Shown here: in pieces, positions 39,198 through 50,144 of the stretch | Numbering within the stretch: the first letter of the stretch is position 1 | Layout of the letters: every line of letters begins with the position of its first letter | Assembly: GCA_937934295.1 (NCBI GenBank) | Contig: CALHAI010000013.1 | Location: 5,865-69,864, forward strand | Direction of reading: 5' to 3' | Length of the DNA: 64,000 nucleotides | Source of the DNA: an uncultured Blastocatellia bacterium | GTDB lineage: Bacteria > Acidobacteriota > Blastocatellia > HR10 | The notes under the pieces: generated by a model | What the model was told of the DNA's origin: nothing | Database searches by the model: none | What the model saw: the letters and a program-made list of their open reading frames with translations, nothing else | Program-made: the position numbers and the translations under genes

Positions 39198-40853
39198 ATG
39201 AAGCGAGCTCTTTTGAAAGATGCGAGCGCTCTTGTCCGAAGGGTTGCCGTGCTCGCCGTGTCGAGTCAGATGCTCTTTGTATGGGGCATCGGCGCGGGAT
39301 GGGGGCAACAGACGACGCCGCCGACGATCGATCTCGGCACGCCGGGTGCCGTTCACGTCACCCTCAACGGCGCGTCGAGTGGCGATCGCTTGGAGATCCT
39401 TCGCGTGGCCGATGTCAATGGCGATGGCGTGGACGACGTCGTGGTCGCCGGGCGATTGGCCAACGGGCCGGAGGGGTTTCGTTTCGATGCCGGCGGCGTG
39501 TTCATCGTGTTGGGAGGGGTGGACTTGATTCGCGGGACGATGCGGGATCTGCATGATCGCCCTGACATCATCATCCATGGGGCGGATGCGAATGACCGCT
39601 TGGGCACGTCGCTCGCCGTCGGCGACGTCAATGGGGATGGTATTGCGGATATCATTGTGGGCGCTCCGGGAGCCGATGGACCCGGAGAGCTGCGATCGGG
39701 CGCCGGAGAGATTTACGTTGTCTTCGGCGGTCCGCATTTGGCGCGCGGAACCATACGTGACATGGCGGGCTTGGTCGCCCCCGGGGCCGACGTGGTGATC
39801 TTCGGGCCGGAACCCACAGCTTCACTGGGCGCCTCACTCGCCGTCGGCGATGTCAATGGGGATGGCGTCGCGGACATTCTCGCGGGAGCGGCGACGTCGT
39901 CTCAGCCGCGAGGTGACCGCCTCTTTGCCGGGGCGCTCTACGTGATCTTCGGTGCGCGCGAGTGGATGAGTGGTCTGGCGCGCGACCTGGCCGATCCGGC
40001 GAGCGCGGACGTGACGATCTTTGGCCCTAGCTCTCTCAGCTTCTTCGGATTTCAGATCGCCGTTGGGGATGTGAACGGGGATGGCGTGCCTGATATTGTG
40101 ACGAGCGCGCCGCTGGCCGATGGTCCGCAGAACGAGCGATCAGAAGCGGGAGAGGTCTACGTGATCTTCGGGGGGGTTCACTTGGTTCGGGGAACTGTGC
40201 GCGATGTCGCACCGGGATCGGCTGCCGGATCCGATGTCGTGATCTTCGGCGCGGCGGCTCAGGATCTGCTCGGATATACGCTGCTTCTGGCCGATGTGAC
40301 CGGAGATGGCGTCCTCGATCTCATCGTCGGCGCACTCCAGGCGGATGGGCCGGAACGAAAGCGACCGGATGCGGGCGAAGTGTATATCTTCTTCGGGGGG
40401 GTAACGTTCGCCTCCTCGGCCACGCGCGATGTCGCGGGGCTTGTGGCGCCGGCGCCGGATGTGGTGCTCTATGGGGCTGAACCCTTCGATGAGTTCGGAG
40501 CGGCACTCGCCGCCGCGGACCTGGATGGGAATGGCGTTGCGGATCTCGTGGTCGGCGCTCCTGGGGGGGATGCCAAGGAGAATCAGAAGATTGACGCCGG
40601 CGAGGTCTATGTCTTCTTCGATCGGAGCATAGCTCAAAGTGGCACGGTGCGCGATGCCGGAAACCCGGACTTCATCCTCTTCGGCGCGAATAACGGAGAG
40701 CGCACGGGGAGTTGCATCGCCTTCGGCGATGTCAATGGAGATGACGTTCTCGATCTCTTGGTGAGCGCTCCAGAAGGAGGCGGCGTTCGCCTGAGCGCTG
40801 GATCGGTGTACATCGTCTTCGGCCCCCTTGTGCCCCTTGGGGGAGGAGGATGA
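39198..40853 (+). CDS. secreted integrin-alpha-like FG-GAP repeat protein (about 9 repeats)
   Basis: Repeated GDVNGDG(V/I)(A/D)D..VGAPGADGP....AGE(I/V)YV(I/V)FGG units. GGAGAAG RBS before the ATG at 39198. Signal peptide. Confidence 0.65.
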   Translation: MKRALLKDASALVRRVAVLAVSSQMLFVWGIGAGWGQQTTPPTIDLGTPGAVHVTLNGASSGDRLEILRVADVNGDGVDDVVVAGRLANGPEGFRFDAGGVFIVLGGVDLIRGTMRDLHDRPDIIIHGADANDRLGTSLAVGDVNGDGIADIIVGAPGADGPGELRSGAGEIYVVFGGPHLARGTIRDMAGLVAPGADVVIFGPEPTASLGASLAVGDVNGDGVADILAGAATSSQPRGDRLFAGALYVIFGAREWMSGLARDLADPASADVTIFGPSSLSFFGFQIAVGDVNGDGVPDIVTSAPLADGPQNERSEAGEVYVIFGGVHLVRGTVRDVAPGSAAGSDVVIFGAAAQDLLGYTLLLADVTGDGVLDLIVGALQADGPERKRPDAGEVYIFFGGVTFASSATRDVAGLVAPAPDVVLYGAEPFDEFGAALAAADLDGNGVADLVVGAPGGDAKENQKIDAGEVYVFFDRSIAQSGTVRDAGNPDFILFGANNGERTGSCIAFGDVNGDDVLDLLVSAPEGGGVRLSAGSVYIVFGPLVPLGGGG

Positions 40854-40894
40854 GCGCACGCGGCGCCCGCAGATTCCCACCGAGGAGGAGCCAT

Positions 40895-43036
40895 ATGCTC
40901 GAGCGAATGGGGAGACGCGCGAAGATGCTCGCGCTCATCAGCGGGTATCTCGTGGGGCTCTCTCACGGTGTCCTGCCGCTTCGCGCGCAGGAGACGCCAC
41001 CGTTGATCATCGAGACGATTGCCGGAGGGGGGATCGGCGAGGGCGAGAGCGCCCGCGATGCCACATTGGCGTCGCCCTGGGCGCTTTTGGTGACCGAGGA
41101 GGGGGAACTGCTGATTGCGGACACGGAGAACCATCGCATTCGCAAGGTCGATCGCGATGGGATGATTGCGACGATTGCCGGGACGGGAGTCAACGGATTC
41201 GGTGGCGATGATGGGCCGCCGGATAAGGCACAGCTCTGGTCGCCGCGCGGTCTGGCCTTCGATCCAGATGGGAATGTGCTTATCGCCGATACGGCGAATC
41301 ACCGGATTCGTCGGATCGAGCGTAGGGCTGAGGCGCTCGTCATCACGACGATCGCGGGGACAGGATCTGCAGGCTTCGGAGGGGATGGAGGATCGGCCAA
41401 GAACGCGCAGCTCAGCAGTCCGCGCGGCCTCGCCGTGGATGCAGCCGGTAACATCTACATCGCCGATACGGGCAATCACCGGATTCGGAAGATCGATGGG
41501 AGCGGGAACATCTCGACGGTCGCCGGCGATGGGACGCGTGGATTCGGAGGCGATGGGGGAGCAGCGACCTCGGCGCAGTTGAACTCGCCGGTGGCCGTCG
41601 TCGTTTCGCCCTCGGGCGATCTCCTCATCGCCGACGCCAGGAATCATCGCATTCGCAAAGTCTCCGGGGGGACGATCACGACGGTCGCCGGAACGGGCTT
41701 GCCGAGGTTCTCCGGAGATGGGGGGCTGGCCGCGCAAGCGAGTTTGAACGTCCCCATGCATCTGACCTTCGACAGCGCCGGGAACCTCTACGTGGCCGAT
41801 TCCGGGAACAATTGCGTGCGCAAGATTGATCCGTCGGGCATGATCGCGACGGTGGCTGGAAGCCGCGTTCGGGGATTCGCCGGAGATGGTGGGAGCGCGC
41901 TGGAGGCGCGGTTGAACATGCCGGTGGCTCTCGCTCTGGGCACTGATGGGACGATCTTCATCGCCGATGCCGGGAATAATCGGGTGCGCGCTGTTGATCC
42001 GCAGGGAGTGATCCGCACGGTGGCCGGCGGGGGGATCGGGGATGGAGGAGATCCGCGTCAGGCGGTGCTCAATCTGCCCTATGGTGTGGCCGTGGACGCG
42101 CAGGGTCGCCTCTATATCGCCGATACGCAGCATCATCGTATTCGCCGCATGAGGTTGGACGAGGAGAATCCGCGCATCGAGACGATCGCGGGCACGGGCG
42201 TCTCCGGATTCAACGGCGATGATCGGCCGGCCGTCGAAGCGCAATTGAACTTCCCCCGCGGGCTCGCCGTAGATGCGGCCGGGAATCTCTATGTCGCTGA
42301 TATGTTCAACCATCGCGTGCGCAGGATCACTCCGGAGGGCGTGATCACGACGGTCGCCGGATCAGGTCGAGCCGGATTCTCTGGAGATGGGGACTTGGCC
42401 ACGCGCGCCGAGCTGCGATTTCCGCTGGCCATCGCTGTGGACGCGGAGGGGCGGCTCTACATTGCTGATGCCGGGAATAATCGGGTGCGCCGCGTGGATC
42501 TGGACGGCACGATCACGACGATCGCGGGGACGGGGAAGCGCGGATTCGAGGGGGATGACGGACCGGCCATCGCGGCGGCGCTCGATACACCGGCGGCGCT
42601 CGCTTTCGATAAGGATGGTCATCTCCTCATCGCCGATATGGGCAATCATCGCCTGCGGCGCGTGGATCTCTCAACGGGCACGATCGTGACGATCGCGGGG
42701 AAGGGGACGCCAGGCTCCGGCGGAGATGGTGGCGCGGCCAAAGACGCCGAACTGAATACACCGGGTGGGCTCACCGTAGATGGTACGGGAACGATCTACA
42801 TCGCCGATTCCGGGAATCACCGCGTGCGAAAGATCGGCAGTGATGGGAACATCAGCGCGGTGACCGGGACGGGGACCGCCGGATTCGGCGGCGATGGCAC
42901 GCTCGCGAGCGTCGCGACATTGAATTTCCCGACGGGTTTGGCGATCGCCCCGGATGGACACCTGGTGATCGCCGATACGTTCAACCATCGCGTTCGCAAA
43001 TTGCGGCCGCAGCCGCAAGCGCCTTCGGAACCATAG
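40895..43036 (+). CDS. secreted NHL-repeat protein (about 14 NHL repeats, probably two beta-propellers)
   Basis: Fourteen-fold repeat of P.GLA.D..GNLYIADTGNHRIRKID..G.I.TIAGTG. Signal-peptide-like N-terminus. Confidence 0.7.
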   Translation: MLERMGRRAKMLALISGYLVGLSHGVLPLRAQETPPLIIETIAGGGIGEGESARDATLASPWALLVTEEGELLIADTENHRIRKVDRDGMIATIAGTGVNGFGGDDGPPDKAQLWSPRGLAFDPDGNVLIADTANHRIRRIERRAEALVITTIAGTGSAGFGGDGGSAKNAQLSSPRGLAVDAAGNIYIADTGNHRIRKIDGSGNISTVAGDGTRGFGGDGGAATSAQLNSPVAVVVSPSGDLLIADARNHRIRKVSGGTITTVAGTGLPRFSGDGGLAAQASLNVPMHLTFDSAGNLYVADSGNNCVRKIDPSGMIATVAGSRVRGFAGDGGSALEARLNMPVALALGTDGTIFIADAGNNRVRAVDPQGVIRTVAGGGIGDGGDPRQAVLNLPYGVAVDAQGRLYIADTQHHRIRRMRLDEENPRIETIAGTGVSGFNGDDRPAVEAQLNFPRGLAVDAAGNLYVADMFNHRVRRITPEGVITTVAGSGRAGFSGDGDLATRAELRFPLAIAVDAEGRLYIADAGNNRVRRVDLDGTITTIAGTGKRGFEGDDGPAIAAALDTPAALAFDKDGHLLIADMGNHRLRRVDLSTGTIVTIAGKGTPGSGGDGGAAKDAELNTPGGLTVDGTGTIYIADSGNHRVRKIGSDGNISAVTGTGTAGFGGDGTLASVATLNFPTGLAIAPDGHLVIADTFNHRVRKLRPQPQAPSEP

Positions 43037-43059
43037 TCGGATCCGGCTGCGGCCTTGAC

Positions 43060-44379
43060 TCAGCGCCTCCTTGGCTGATGCGCGCGCCGTAGCTCTTCTG
43101 CCATCGCCCGAATCTCCGTGAGCGCGCGCTTCATCTCGCTCCATCCGTACCAGAGTGCGTAATCGGGATTCGCGTGAAACGTCCCCTGAAATGTTCGCAT
43201 GCGATGCTCCAGATGCATGACGAAGAGCTTCTGTTCGATTGGCGTCGGCGCGTCGTGAAAGGCGAGGAGATCGGGGAAGGGATACGCATAGTGGGCCGGT
43301 TTTTTCAGGATGCCGTCCTTGTAGAGATCGGCGACGATGCGGATGGCTTCGGCCAGCAGGCGATCGGCCTCTCGGATCATCTGATCACCCTTCTCCAACT
43401 CGGCGCGCGCGAAGTGGAGCGAATGGCACTGATTGCAGATTCGGAGCATGCGCTCGCGTTCCTTCTGCCAGTCCTCTTGTGTGAGACGCGCGACATCCGC
43501 CTGCTTCACCAGGTCGAAGCGGGCCGTCGGCTTGCCCTCGGGATCGAGCACGCCGAGCGCCTGTAAGATCGTCGTCTGATCGGCTGCCCACTGTTTATCT
43601 TCCGGCAGCGGCAGCCGCACAGCGAGAAATCCCCAGGCCGTGCGCACGGCATGATTCCCCTCGGGCATATGACAGGTCTGGCAGGTGGGCGCGGCGACCG
43701 TCTCCGGCAGCGTCTTGTTCTGCTTCAGGAGGTATCGGACGCCATGCTTGGAGGACGAGTACATCTCCCACTGCGGATGATCGAAGCCCATGTGGCAGGT
43801 CTGACAGGCCTGCGGTTGGCGCGCTTCCTCCGTCGAGAAGAGATGTCGCGTGTGGCAGGCGTCGCAGGAGGCAACGCCGAAGCCTGCGCCTTGACGCTTC
43901 AACTCGCGGATCTCGGCCTCTGTCTTCAGTCCGATCTTATGACACCCTCCGCAGCCTTTCATCCCTTCAGTCAACGCCATCGGGAGCCAGTGCGTCGTCG
44001 GCATCGCCTTCATCGCCGCCCATCCGAGGGCGTGCTTACCCTGCTTGAATTGTTCGACCTGCACCTCATGGCACAGCGCGCATGTCTCCGGAGTCGGGAT
44101 GCGCACCTTCTCCACATCTTCGGCTGACATGTGCTCCTCGCCGTGGCAGACGGCGCAATCAATCCCGTTCCGACTGTGCTTGCTCAACTGCCAATCCGAG
44201 ACGATGTTGGGCGTGACCTTTTTATGGCATTCGACGCAGGCCGCCCCTTGTCGGGAACGCGCTTCGGAGAAGCGGGGGAGCCATCGCGGATCCCCTTGAG
44301 GCCCGCGCTCGGCTTCGCCAAAGGCGAGGATCATCCCGAACACGAACGCGATTCCAAGTATCCGTCGAAATCCAGACAT
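43060..44379 (-). CDS. octaheme c-type cytochrome, HAO-like/multiheme nitrogen-cycle family (exact family unresolved)
   Basis: Signal peptide plus eight CxxCH motifs (CVECH, CAVCH, CALCH, CGGCH, CDACH, CQTCH, CQTCH, CNQCH) in about 440 aa. AAGGAGGAG RBS. Confidence 0.6.
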   Translation of the reverse strand: MSGFRRILGIAFVFGMILAFGEAERGPQGDPRWLPRFSEARSRQGAACVECHKKVTPNIVSDWQLSKHSRNGIDCAVCHGEEHMSAEDVEKVRIPTPETCALCHEVQVEQFKQGKHALGWAAMKAMPTTHWLPMALTEGMKGCGGCHKIGLKTEAEIRELKRQGAGFGVASCDACHTRHLFSTEEARQPQACQTCHMGFDHPQWEMYSSSKHGVRYLLKQNKTLPETVAAPTCQTCHMPEGNHAVRTAWGFLAVRLPLPEDKQWAADQTTILQALGVLDPEGKPTARFDLVKQADVARLTQEDWQKERERMLRICNQCHSLHFARAELEKGDQMIREADRLLAEAIRIVADLYKDGILKKPAHYAYPFPDLLAFHDAPTPIEQKLFVMHLEHRMRTFQGTFHANPDYALWYGWSEMKRALTEIRAMAEELRRAHQPRRR

Positions 44380-44613
44380 GATGGGCTCCTCCTTACGCGG
44401 GACATTTTATGATGCAGTGCGAGGATGCGTCAATCCTTCGGAGCGCGTGAAGCGTCGGCGCCATCAGGGGACCGAAAGCTTCCTCCTTCCCGGCCTTCAG
44501 ATCGTCTACCAATCCCCTCTCTTCAATGAGCATCACAGCGAGGGAAGTCTATTTGCGAGAGAGGCGTGAGGCAAGGTGCGGCACACCTTTCATCCGTCGT
44601 GAAGAGCTGGCGT

Positions 44614-46026
44614 TTAACGGGAACGCGCGCGCAGATACCGATCGATGCCCGCCGCGGCATCGCGGCCATCTCGCAGAGCCGTCGCCAGAAGGTCCGCGCC
44701 TCGCACGACATCGCCTCCGGCGAAGACGCCAGGCCAGGAGGTCATCTTGTCCGCATCCACTTCGTACGTTCCCCAGGGTGTGCGCTTGAGTCGCGGATCC
44801 TCGAGCGAGACGGGCGATGGATCGAATCCGAAGGCGATGATCACCATATCCGCCTCCAGCTCGAAGTTGCTGCCGGGAATCGGGATGGGCTTTCGGCGTC
44901 CCTCCTCATCCGGCTCCCCCAACTCCATGCGGATACACTCGACCTTACGCACCCACCCGTTCTCATCGCCGATGAAGCGAATGGGATTCGTGAGCCAGAG
45001 GAATTCCACGCCCTCTTCTTTCGCGGCTTTCACCTCGCGGCGGCTGCCCGGCATATTCTCCTCGTCCCGGCGATAGGCGCAGATGACGCGCGCCGCCCCC
45101 AACCGCCGCGCCGTGCGCAACGAGTCCATCGCCGTATCGCCACCGCCGAGGACGACGACCGTCTTCCCGGTGAGATCATCCCGTCTCCAGTCACCGGAGG
45201 GGAGAAATCGCGGCTCCACATTATTCCGAATGAGGAAGGGGAGCGCATCGTGAATCCCCTTGAGTTCGATCCCCTCGATCTTCGGACGCTTAGGGACCGT
45301 CGCTCCCGTGCCCAAGAAAATGGCCGAATAGCCTTGCGCGAAGAGGTCATCCAGAGTCACGTGCTCCCCGATTCGGGTCCCGCAGACGAATTCGACGCCC
45401 AACGCGCGCAAGTATGCGATGCGGCGCTCGACGACCCACTTCTCCAGCTTGAAGCCGGGGATGCCATAGATGAGCAATCCGCCGGGGAAGGGCCACGCCT
45501 CGAAGACGGTGACCTGATATCCCCGCTTGACGAGTTCCTCAGCGCACGCGAGTCCTGCCGGACCGGCGCCCACGATGGCCACGCGCTCGCCGGTCGCTGG
45601 CGCGACCTCCGGACACGGAATGCCGCCGAGCTGTCGAAAGGCATACTCGTTGATGAACCATTCGATGGCACCAATGGCCACGGGTTCATATTTGATCCCC
45701 AGCACGCACGCGCCTTCGCAGAGCCGATCCTGCGGACAGATTCGCCCGCAAATCTCCGGCATGTTACTCGTCTGGCGCGAGCATTCGGCCGCTTCGAGAA
45801 ACCGCCCTTCGGCCGTCAGCACGAGCCAGTCGCGGATGCGATTGTTGAGCGGACAGGCCTGTTCGCACGCCGGATTCTTGCACTTAATGCATCGCGCGGC
45901 TTCACTCTGGGCCTCCTCAGCCGTGAGTTCAAGCGAGACTGCCAGAAAATCGCGAATCCGCTCCTCAGGCGGGCGCTTCCGCGGCTCGATCCGAGGTCGC
46001 TTGGCCGGAGCAACTCTTCCCGACAT
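44614..46026 (-). CDS. GltD/NfnB/SudA-family NAD(P)H oxidoreductase (FeS plus FAD/NAD(P) binding; glutamate synthase small-subunit-like)
   Basis: CIKCKNPACEQACPLNNRIRDW...CGRICPQDRLCEGACVL is an N-terminal FeS region. RVAIVGAGPAGLACAEEL and VVVLGGGDTAMD are dinucleotide folds. GAGGAGAGGGGA RBS before the ATG at 46026. Confidence 0.7.
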   Translation of the reverse strand: MSGRVAPAKRPRIEPRKRPPEERIRDFLAVSLELTAEEAQSEAARCIKCKNPACEQACPLNNRIRDWLVLTAEGRFLEAAECSRQTSNMPEICGRICPQDRLCEGACVLGIKYEPVAIGAIEWFINEYAFRQLGGIPCPEVAPATGERVAIVGAGPAGLACAEELVKRGYQVTVFEAWPFPGGLLIYGIPGFKLEKWVVERRIAYLRALGVEFVCGTRIGEHVTLDDLFAQGYSAIFLGTGATVPKRPKIEGIELKGIHDALPFLIRNNVEPRFLPSGDWRRDDLTGKTVVVLGGGDTAMDSLRTARRLGAARVICAYRRDEENMPGSRREVKAAKEEGVEFLWLTNPIRFIGDENGWVRKVECIRMELGEPDEEGRRKPIPIPGSNFELEADMVIIAFGFDPSPVSLEDPRLKRTPWGTYEVDADKMTSWPGVFAGGDVVRGADLLATALRDGRDAAAGIDRYLRARSR

Positions 46027-46199
46027 CGTTCCCCTCTCCTCATCCGAGGATTCTCCCATCTTGGGATCACAGGCATGGGGTAGCAAATCTCATGCCATCT
46101 CCCATGCCGCGCCAAACGCCCATGCGCTCAATCGGTTCTTCGTTGACCGGGGGAAGTCCGATTACACCTGGCGCGGCAAATGCCTCAACCGGTGCGCGA

Positions 46200-46225
46200 A
46201 ATCGCTTCGCGAGCGTGAAGCGATT
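46200..46225. promoter_or_regulatory. inverted repeat AATCGCTTC-N8-GAAGCGATT in a divergent control region
   Basis: 9-bp perfect arms, extendable to 12 bp with one G/T mismatch. Lies between the divergent oxidoreductase and cytochrome operons. Confidence 0.3.
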
Positions 46226-46270
46226 CGGGCAAGCGGCGGCCTCTTTCTTCGGCATGAGGCGAACCTTGGA

Positions 46271-46284
46271 GGGGGAATTCCCCC
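46271..46284. promoter_or_regulatory. 14-bp perfect palindrome GGGGGAATTCCCCC
   Basis: Exact palindrome in the same 410-bp divergent intergenic region. Followed by the half-site-like GGGAGAATTCAC. Confidence 0.3.
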
Positions 46285-46496
46285 AAGGGTGGGAGAATTC
46301 ACGTAGCGCGGCGAAGGCTCGCCCGGCTCTCCCCCTCATGCGACTAAGCTTGCACCAGGCATGGGCTTAAATCCGAAAGGCTGTGGCACGCTTGACCCCT
46401 TCAGGGCGATGCGGTACGGAATTTGCTTGACTCCGAGGCGGAGTTCGCGAAAGCTTGACGTCGGAGAGGGCGTAGGTCGTCAAGCGCGAGGGAGAG

Positions 46497-47671
46497 ATGG
46501 CGCGAAGAACGATGCCAAAGCTCTTTTTGGGAGGTTTTCTCCTTTGGGGCGTGGCGATCGTCGGGTGCCGTCGTTCGGAGATGTCCGAGCCAGTCGTCTT
46601 TCCCGCAGGACGCTTCACTTCAGCGCGGCAGTGCGGCACCTGTCACCGGGACATCTATGCAGCGTGGCGTGGTTCGCAACACGCGCGAGCCGCCGAGAAC
46701 CCCATCTTCCGTGAGTCCTATGAAGAGGCGGCGAAGATCGCCGGAGATGCGGTGGCCCGACTCTGCTTCATGTGTCATGCGCCGACGGTCGTGCTCACGA
46801 GCGATTACGCCCTCGCGCAGGAGGTGACGCGCGAAGGCGTCACGTGCGATTTCTGCCATTCCTTGACCGGGACGGACTTGGAGCGGCGCGAGCACCCGTT
46901 CCTGCTTGATGTTGGGGCGACCAAATACGGCCCATTCGCGATGCCGCTTCGACCGGACATCGCGTGGCCTTCTCCGAATTCCACCTCAGCTCGTTCCAGT
47001 GTGCGGGATGTCACGAGTATCGAAACGCGCACGGTGTGCCCATCCTCTCGACCTATTCGGAGTGGGAGCAGTATCGGCAGCGCGGGGGGGATAAGGAGTG
47101 TCAGCACTGTCACATGCCCCAGGTCCTGGCCAACATCGTGGATCCAAAGGTGAAACGGGTGCGCGGCGCCTTTGTGAATCTCCACGCGATGCCCGGGGGA
47201 CATGCTCGCGATCAACTCGTGCGCGCACTGGAGATGCGGATCATGGAGGCGCACCGCACGCCGCGCGGATTGCGCGTGAAGATTCGACTCCGAAACGTCG
47301 GTGCTGGCCATGCCGTGCCCTCCGGCAGTCCGATGCGAAAAGTGATCTTGCGCGTCGAGGTCGTGACCGAAAGCGGGCGACGCGTTCAGCAGGAGCGCAT
47401 CTATCAGCGCGTCGTGTTGGACAAACGAGGTGCGGCGATTCGTCGAGATAGCCTCCTCTTCACCGAGGCGCGAGCGATCGCCCGCGATACGCGATTGGCG
47501 CCGGCCGAAGAGCGCGTGGAGGAGTTCCTGCTGCCCATCTCGGTCGATGAGAACCTCACCCTCACGGCGGCGCTCATCTACCTCTACTCACCGCACGAGC
47601 GTCCGGAGACCGAGACGCGCATTGAGTTTCTCTCCGAGAAGAAGGAGTTGTTCTCTCGATGGGTTCGGTGA
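46497..47671 (+). CDS. pentaheme c-type cytochrome lipoprotein, interrupted by an apparent -1 frameshift near 46950-46966
   Basis: Frame A (46497-46947) has a lipobox-like AIVGC and the motifs CGTCH, CFMCH and CDFCH. Frame B (from 46964) continues with CAGCH and CQHCH. Frame A becomes Ser/Arg-rich junk downstream of the junction, which lies in a G-run (gcgtggcc). Confidence 0.5.
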
Positions 47672-47753
47672 GTCGTTCCTTCAGAGGCTTCATATTGGGG
47701 AGGATGCAGCGTGAGCCCCGTCACGCATGCGTTCCCCTTTGAGGAGGGAGACT

Positions 47754-48539
47754 ATGCGTCTTGTTGCGAGACAAAGCGCGTTTCGTTTTTTGCCCATGCT
47801 GCTTATGGGGATATTGGGCGGGATGCTCCCACAAGCCGCTTTGGCGCAGGAGATGATGGGGCGTCCCGTAATGGGGAAGGAGACCGTCGCCACGGGACCT
47901 GATGGGAGGATCTACGTCGTGGCTTCTCCGGCACAGCACCAGCAGTGGATGGGCCCCGCATTCGGGCGCACAGTGCTTTTCGCTTTGGACCCAACGACGT
48001 TTCGCGTTCTGTGGCGATATGTCCTTGAGGATGAAGACCTCGTCGCCTCTCGTCCGGTTGTAGGCGCGGATGGCACGGTCTATCTCACCATGTCCGAGAC
48101 GATGGAGTTCGGTCCGCCGCTGGATTCCCAGATGGCCTTGCGGAACGCTCGACTTTTGGCCGTTCGAGGGGGAACGCTCAAATGGGCTTATGAGTTCGAT
48201 GCGCCGTTCGCCTCTGATCCTGTACTCAGCTCGGAGGGGTTGATCTTTGTGACCACCAGTGCTGTTGGTCCAGTTGGGATGCCAGGGCCCTGGATGTTCG
48301 CACGCTCATCGTTTCTCGCCCTTGAGGATCGCGAGACTTCGCCCGTCGTACGCGCGCGTCTTGATCTTGGCTCGCTCGCTGTGTCCGCTCCCGTTGTCCA
48401 TTCGCGTCCGATGCGGTCATGGGTGGTCTACGTGACGGGAGAGGGGACCGGCAGGGGGCCGGGGATGGGGATGGGTCAGGGGACGGTGCTGTTTATCATT
48501 GGCCCGGACTTCTCCGTGACGCGCGTGTCCTTACGCTGA
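47754..48539 (+). CDS. secreted PQQ-like (BamB-type) beta-propeller repeat protein
   Basis: Signal peptide MRLVARQSAFRFLPMLLMGILGGMLPQAALA. Repeats of G.DG.IYV...LFALD..T..VLWRY type. GAGGAGGGAG RBS. Confidence 0.45.
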   Translation: MRLVARQSAFRFLPMLLMGILGGMLPQAALAQEMMGRPVMGKETVATGPDGRIYVVASPAQHQQWMGPAFGRTVLFALDPTTFRVLWRYVLEDEDLVASRPVVGADGTVYLTMSETMEFGPPLDSQMALRNARLLAVRGGTLKWAYEFDAPFASDPVLSSEGLIFVTTSAVGPVGMPGPWMFARSSFLALEDRETSPVVRARLDLGSLAVSAPVVHSRPMRSWVVYVTGEGTGRGPGMGMGQGTVLFIIGPDFSVTRVSLR

Positions 48540-48566
48540 GGCGCTGGGGAGGAAGGGAGGCACCAT

Positions 48567-49004
48567 ATGCCATTGTGGAGCGAGCAGCGTCGGAGACTCT
48601 TGAATCTCCTCTTGGGGACGAGCGTGGGGGCGACGCTGGTGGCCATCTTCTATCCGATCCTCAAGTTCATGATCCCGCCTGAGGTCATCGAGGCGACGCA
48701 GACGAGCGTCGTCGCTGGGCGCGTGAACGAACTGCCGCCGAATTCGGGGAAGATCTTCAAGTTCGGGAACAAGCCTGGCCTTCTGGTGCGCACGCCGACG
48801 GGGGAGTACAAGGCCTTCTCAGCCGTCTGCACGCACCTGGATTGCATCGTGCAGTATCGGCCGGACATGCAGCTGATCTGGTGCGCGTGCCATAATGGCC
48901 AGTACAGCTTAAGCGGGAAGAACATCGCCGGCCCGCCCCCGCGCCCCTTAGAGGAGTACGTCGTCAATATTCGCGGAGAGGAGATCGTCGTCTCTAAGGC
49001 GTGA
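48567..49004 (+). CDS. Rieske [2Fe-2S] subunit of a cytochrome bc/b6f-type complex
   Basis: N-terminal TM helix. CTHLDC...(15 aa)...CACHNGQY matches Rieske box I/II (CxH...CxxH). Confidence 0.85.
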   Translation: MPLWSEQRRRLLNLLLGTSVGATLVAIFYPILKFMIPPEVIEATQTSVVAGRVNELPPNSGKIFKFGNKPGLLVRTPTGEYKAFSAVCTHLDCIVQYRPDMQLIWCACHNGQYSLSGKNIAGPPPRPLEEYVVNIRGEEIVVSKA

Positions 49005-49063
49005 TCTCGCCAGCGTGACTGGAGGATCCACCCCTCGTGCTCAAGGGGGAGAGAGCTGACGTT

Positions 49064-50137
<1,074 letters not shown>

Positions 50138-50144
50138 AGGGAGG

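Noticed and set aside
40634-42313. 559-aa minus-strand ORF antisense to the NHL-repeat gene
   Set aside because: Antisense artefact. Its repetitive translation merely mirrors the NHL repeats.
44566-46083. 505-aa plus-strand ORF antisense to the GltD-like gene
   Set aside because: Antisense artefact. The minus-strand gene has FeS and dinucleotide-binding motifs and a strong RBS.
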